A stretch of 64,000 bases of DNA, taken from assembly GCA_900551235.1 (NCBI GenBank), contig URUU01000003.1, forward strand, positions 4,308 to 68,307. Reading direction: 5' to 3'. Below the pieces are notes generated by a model. That model made no database searches. It had not been told where the DNA came from and saw nothing but the letters and a program-made list of their open reading frames with translations. The DNA is from an uncultured Lachnospiraceae bacterium (GTDB lineage: Bacteria; Bacillota; Clostridia; Lachnospirales; Lachnospiraceae). A program made the translations under genes and the position numbers. Shown here one piece after another: positions 59,750-64,000 of this stretch. The stretch's first letter is position 1; each line of letters opens with the position of its first letter.

Positions 59750-61645
59750 TTAGATTCCCAGTGCAGTTCTCTTCTCTTCGATTCTTGCGATCATAGCATC
59801 GCCCAGTTTGTCGATATCTTTTTCTACGGTATATGCAGCTTCTACCCAGTCACGTACGCCTTCTGTCAGCAGCTGTGCGATCTGGTCAGAACCGGATACA
59901 TACGGATCAACGCCCAGGAACGTATCGATACCGGTAGCTACTACATAGTTACCAATGGATACTGCTTTTTCGGACATCCATTCCGGTGCACATCCGACAA
60001 CCGGAAGCTGAGAAATGTTCAGCCCGGAATCTTTTGCCAGCTCTGCTGCCAGGATCATCATACGGGAAATATCTACACAGGATCCCATATGCAGTACCGG
60101 TGGGATATCCGCCAGTTCGCATACTCTCTTCAGACCTGCTCCGCAGAGTTCTTTTGCTTCTTTGTCCATCAGACCTGCTTTTGCAGCAGCCTGTGCAGAA
60201 CATCCGGAAGCAATGATAATGATATCGTTTGCGATCATTTTCTTCATCAGCTCGATATGGGCTGTATCCGGTCTTACTTTCGGGTTGTTACATCCAACCA
60301 TGGCAACTGCACCGCGGATAACACCGGATGTGATACACTCAAGAAGCGGTTTTGTTGTTCCCATCTCATCAACCTGAGAGTTTGCAACGCCATCCAGAGT
60401 TTTTACGATTGCTTCTACAGAATATCCAACCGTTGCTTTCTGTTTCATATCCGGAATATGTACCAGTTCCGGTTTTCTGTTCTTGAAGTTTTCGATCGCC
60501 ATCTTAACGATTGCTTTTGCATTTTCTCCTGCTGTCTCTGCGTTAAAACGAATGTAATCAGCATCCGGCATCTGTGCGATCGGAGAAGTGGTCACAAATT
60601 TAGTATGGAAACATTTGCTCAGAGGGCCAAGTGCCGGGAAGATACACTGAACGTCTACAACGATCGCTTCACATGCACCGGTCAGTACTACGTTTTCCTG
60701 CTGCAGGAAGTTACCTGCCATCGGAATACCACGACGCATTGCAACTTCGTTTGAAGTACAGCACACACCGGATACGGTGATCCCCTTTGCTCCCATTTCT
60801 TTTGCGTAAGCGATCATTTCCGGATCATCTGCATATTCACAGATCATCTCAGACAGTGACGGATCATGTCCATGAACAACAATATTTACGTTTTCAGCAA
60901 CCATAACACCCAGGTTTGCTTCGGTTTCGATCGGTTTCGGTGTTCCGAACAGAACGTCTGAGAACTCCGTACCGGCCATGGAACCGCCCCAGCCATCAGA
61001 CAGACCGGCTCTTAAGGACTGACGGATCAGTGCCTCCGGAAGGGAAGAACATCCCATGTGGCTCATATGTAAAGAACATGATACTTCGCGGTCGATCGCT
61101 CTTGGTGCGATCTCCTCTCTCTCCCAGATCTCCTGTGTATGCTGAGGAGCTCTCTTTAAGAAGTTCTGTGTGCCGAATACTTTGCCGTATTCGCTCATGC
61201 CAAGATATGCCATCTCATGTGCCAGATCGTAAATATCTTTTCCTTCTGTCTCAACACCCCATTCTTTTGCGATGCGGATCAGCTTCTGAGGGTCTTTGAC
61301 CTTGTAAGGTCCTTCAGGTTTTGCACAGTACAGTGTGTGGCAGATCTCGCGGCCGTGATCAGAGTGTGTTGCCGCTCCGCCTGCTGTAAATTTCAGGTAG
61401 TTACGTCCTACAATACCGTGTACGTCGCATCCGCAGATACCTCTTGGTGCCTTCGGTGTGATACGGCAAGGTCCCATTGCACAGATACGGCAGCAGACAC
61501 CCTGCTCACCAAATTTACAGTGTGGGGTCTGTTTTGCTGCACGGTACTGCCATGCATCTGCTCCTACTTTTTTTCCTGTTTCCAGAAGTTTCTCTGTAGC
61601 CGCTTCGAATTCTTCAACGGTTGTCAATTTAAAGTTTCCCATCAT
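59750..61645 (-). CDS. acsA: Anaerobic [NiFe] carbon monoxide dehydrogenase catalytic subunit
   Basis: CKFG..GVCCRICAMGPCR, HGHDP, CCTSNE, DVQC, GCNN, GSCVD, EWMSEKA. Confidence 0.97.
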   Translation of the reverse strand: MMGNFKLTTVEEFEAATEKLLETGKKVGADAWQYRAAKQTPHCKFGEQGVCCRICAMGPCRITPKAPRGICGCDVHGIVGRNYLKFTAGGAATHSDHGREICHTLYCAKPEGPYKVKDPQKLIRIAKEWGVETEGKDIYDLAHEMAYLGMSEYGKVFGTQNFLKRAPQHTQEIWEREEIAPRAIDREVSCSLHMSHMGCSSLPEALIRQSLRAGLSDGWGGSMAGTEFSDVLFGTPKPIETEANLGVMVAENVNIVVHGHDPSLSEMICEYADDPEMIAYAKEMGAKGITVSGVCCTSNEVAMRRGIPMAGNFLQQENVVLTGACEAIVVDVQCIFPALGPLSKCFHTKFVTTSPIAQMPDADYIRFNAETAGENAKAIVKMAIENFKNRKPELVHIPDMKQKATVGYSVEAIVKTLDGVANSQVDEMGTTKPLLECITSGVIRGAVAMVGCNNPKVRPDTAHIELMKKMIANDIIIIASGCSAQAAAKAGLMDKEAKELCGAGLKRVCELADIPPVLHMGSCVDISRMMILAAELAKDSGLNISQLPVVGCAPEWMSEKAVSIGNYVVATGIDTFLGVDPYVSGSDQIAQLLTEGVRDWVEAAYTVEKDIDKLGDAMIARIEEKRTALGI

Positions 61646-61760
61646 CTACCTCCTTGTTTATGGGTTCCCATCCCACAGGTTTTCTCATATCCTATCCGCC
61701 CCCATGGGATATGGGGTTTTGAAATAAATCCCCTCACGGCTTCCCGCAAGGGGCTGTGCT

Positions 61761-62531
61761 TTATAAACTGATAGAGTCCAGTATTTTATATAGTGCAGTT
61801 TTTACCGCTGCATTTTCTGGAAGCTCTGTCATTGGCTTTCCGTCACAGTCATACTCATAGACTTCCTGATCCTGCGGAACGACACCAAAAAGTGTAAGAC
61901 CCTGTCTCTTGATCTCTTCTTTTGTTCCGTCGTTCAGTTTGCCTTCCGGTGCACGGTTTACGATCAGTCCGATCTGTTTTGGATTAAGTCCGCACTCTTT
62001 CACCAGTCCGGCAATACGTCCAACTGCCTGAACACCTCGTCTGGAGCAGTCGCTCACAAGAATGACCGTATCAACTTTTGGCAGGATGCCGCGGCTGATA
62101 TGCTCCATCCCTGCTTCATTGTCTACGACCATGTATTTGTAGTTCGGTGTCAGTTTCTGTACCTGGGCCTGAAGCAGACCATTTACAAAACAGTAGCATC
62201 CTTTGCCCTGTGTCCTTCCCATGACCAGCATATCATAGTCATCTTCTTCGACCAGGCAGCGGTTCATCATAATCTCTGCATAGTCTGCTTTTGACATACT
62301 TGGCGGGATCGGGCTTTTTGCACTGTTCGCTGCATTTTCAATCTGCTCACGAACTTCACCGAGTGTCATCTCTACTTCAACGCCCAGTACTTCGTTTAAG
62401 TTGGAATTGGCATCTGCATCTACTGCAAGAACCGGTGTTTTCCCCTTCTCACAAAGATACTGTATCAAAAGCCCGCACAGCGTTGTCTTTCCCACGCCGC
62501 CTTTTCCTGCAACGGCTATTACCTGTGCCAT
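61761..62531 (-). CDS. CooC/AcsF-family ATPase
   Basis: GKGGVGKT, GCYC, DNEAGMEHISR. Confidence 0.9.
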   Translation of the reverse strand: MAQVIAVAGKGGVGKTTLCGLLIQYLCEKGKTPVLAVDADANSNLNEVLGVEVEMTLGEVREQIENAANSAKSPIPPSMSKADYAEIMMNRCLVEEDDYDMLVMGRTQGKGCYCFVNGLLQAQVQKLTPNYKYMVVDNEAGMEHISRGILPKVDTVILVSDCSRRGVQAVGRIAGLVKECGLNPKQIGLIVNRAPEGKLNDGTKEEIKRQGLTLFGVVPQDQEVYEYDCDGKPMTELPENAAVKTALYKILDSISL

Positions 62532-62558
62532 AAATATTTCCTCCTGTTGCCTGTCTCT

Positions 62559-63491
62559 TTATACCAGTGTACGCAGACCGGAACGATTGATGATTTCAGA
62601 AACATCTTTCCATTTGTTCAGTGCATACAGATGGATGCCCTCAACGCCCAGTGCACGGTATGTATCGATCTGTCTGATCGTGTATTCGATACCTTCTTCT
62701 TTGAACTCTGCGATTTTCTTATCATAGAATAAATCAAAAGGTTTGCCTTCTGCATCTTTTGCTGCAAATGGATTTGGGAACAGCCAGTGTCTGGAGATCA
62801 GTCTGGAAAGTTCACGGTCCATTACACAGCCGTTACGTGACAGTGCCATATTGATCGTAGCTGCCTGATCCAGGATTGGCATAACTCCTACGTCTACCGG
62901 CATGGTAACACCTGCTTTCCGGATTGCATCCAGCCAGTATTTGAACTGTTCCATATCCCAGCAGAGCTGTGTCATGATGTAGTCTGCACCATTGTCCTGT
63001 TTCTGTTTCAGAACTGCGATATCTGCTTCCAGGCTTCTGCAGGAAATGTGGCCTTCCGGTGAACCTGCTACTGCGATTTCGAATTTGTCGCCGTACTGGT
63101 CACGGACAAATTTCACCAGGTCGGTCGCGTAATCGAAATCTCCCATGGTGCTTGTCTCACCCATTGGGAAGTCGCCGCGCAGTGCCAGCATATGGTCAAC
63201 GCCTTCTTCCAGATACTGATCCAGCTGTTCTTTGATGCCTTCTTTTGTATTTTTGATTACGGTGAAATGTGTTACAGGAACGGAACCTGCTTTCTTGATC
63301 ATCTGACATACTTCACGGTTTGCCCCAACGTTTCCGCCGCCGGCTCCGTAAGTACAGGAAATGTATTCCGGTTTGAACTCCATCAGATGATCGATCGTTC
63401 CCGGCAGATTTGCCATACCTTTTTCTGTTTTTGGTGGGAATAATTCAAAAGAGAGAAGCTGCTTCTCTTTCATCTTTTCCGATAATTTCAT
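62559..63491 (-). CDS. metF: Methylenetetrahydrofolate reductase
   Basis: SFELFPPK, TYGAGG, ALRGD, PEGH, TQL, GIHLYALN. Confidence 0.93.
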   Translation of the reverse strand: MKLSEKMKEKQLLSFELFPPKTEKGMANLPGTIDHLMEFKPEYISCTYGAGGGNVGANREVCQMIKKAGSVPVTHFTVIKNTKEGIKEQLDQYLEEGVDHMLALRGDFPMGETSTMGDFDYATDLVKFVRDQYGDKFEIAVAGSPEGHISCRSLEADIAVLKQKQDNGADYIMTQLCWDMEQFKYWLDAIRKAGVTMPVDVGVMPILDQAATINMALSRNGCVMDRELSRLISRHWLFPNPFAAKDAEGKPFDLFYDKKIAEFKEEGIEYTIRQIDTYRALGVEGIHLYALNKWKDVSEIINRSGLRTLV

Positions 63492-63530
63492 AGTAACATA
63501 CCTCCATTTTATTAATTTATTTGATAACTG

Positions 63531-63722
63531 CTAAGATTCCGTGCAGTTGATCTTCACAATGCTGTTTGCAAGGTCTACCATTGCGATAGTGCCTTCTACC
63601 ACTTTCTGCTCACCCATCACATCCGTAAGGGTGATCGTCTCTCCATCGACATCGATCCTGCTCACAAACTCAAACAGTTTTGTCTCCGGATCCTGAGCCT
63701 TGTATACTGCTGCAAGACACAT
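63531..63722 (-). CDS. cooT: CooT family nickel-binding protein
   Basis: MC N-terminus, LTDVMGE, 63 aa; inside the CODH/ACS cluster. Confidence 0.85.
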   Translation of the reverse strand: MCLAAVYKAQDPETKLFEFVSRIDVDGETITLTDVMGEQKVVEGTIAMVDLANSIVKINCTES

Positions 63723-63737
63723 ACTCTCCGCCTCCTG

Positions 63738-64000
63738 TTAGTTTTCTTTTACAGTGGCAAGTGCAACACTCAGATACAGGTTGCCTTTCTGGAACTCGTC
63801 AACCGCTTTGCGTATCTGTTCCGCCGCTGTATCCATACCGGCTTTCCGCAATTTATCAGCCATCTGGTCCAGTTCTGCAGCATGATGTTCGTTGTGCTGC
63901 AGCATATATGTCAAAAGTGCAATGTTTTCTTTTTTCGGATCATGTGTTTCACAGCCGCTGCAGCCTTCCTGGCATACACCGTCGTGTGTATGTGCATGTC
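63738..64000 (-). CDS. His/Cys-rich putative metal chaperone, C-terminal part; start lies off the window
   Basis: Manual translation ..HAHTHDGVCQEGCSGCETHDPKKENIALLTYMLQHNEHHAAELDQMA...VKEN*. Confidence 0.8.
   Translation of the reverse strand, partial: HAHTHDGVCQEGCSGCETHDPKKENIALLTYMLQHNEHHAAELDQMADKLRKAGMDTAAEQIRKAVDEFQKGNLYLSVALATVKEN

Noticed and set aside
59745..59760. Stop-codon read-through or selenocysteine at the end of acsA
   Set aside because: The stop is TAA and there is no in-frame TGA

Overview
Chromosomal window from an anaerobic, spore-forming, acetogenic Firmicute; gene content and order look like Lachnospiraceae (Blautia-like). Left part: EF-G paralog (partial), tyrA-aroA, 6S RNA, citrate synthase and an SPFH/RHH operon. 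A ~2.7-kb AT-rich accessory insert (Uma2 nuclease, DUF4160/DUF2442 pair, two orphan genes) is bounded by a 44-bp exact direct repeat that abuts the leuD stop codon. Then leuCD, nfnAB, ftsK, uppP, an atypical LytTR regulator, and a long minus-strand run (cobT-cobU-cobS-cobU-like-cobC-ruvAB-zapA-U32-ftsW-PBP-NUDIX). Right part: cell-wall hydrolase, spoIVA, a trimeric bifurcating-type [FeFe]-hydrogenase divergent from a monomeric [FeFe]-hydrogenase, and a Wood-Ljungdahl cluster (cooT-metF-cooC-acsA-cooC-acsB-acsD-acsC-acsE-acsV-DUF3786/fchA-folD). The most striking unexplained signal is an intact cobalamin riboswitch with a consensus promoter but no downstream gene. It points antisense at the monomeric hydrogenase, and its B12-box is complementary over 12 nt to that gene's bidirectional terminator. 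All family assignments come from motif recognition by eye; no searches were run.
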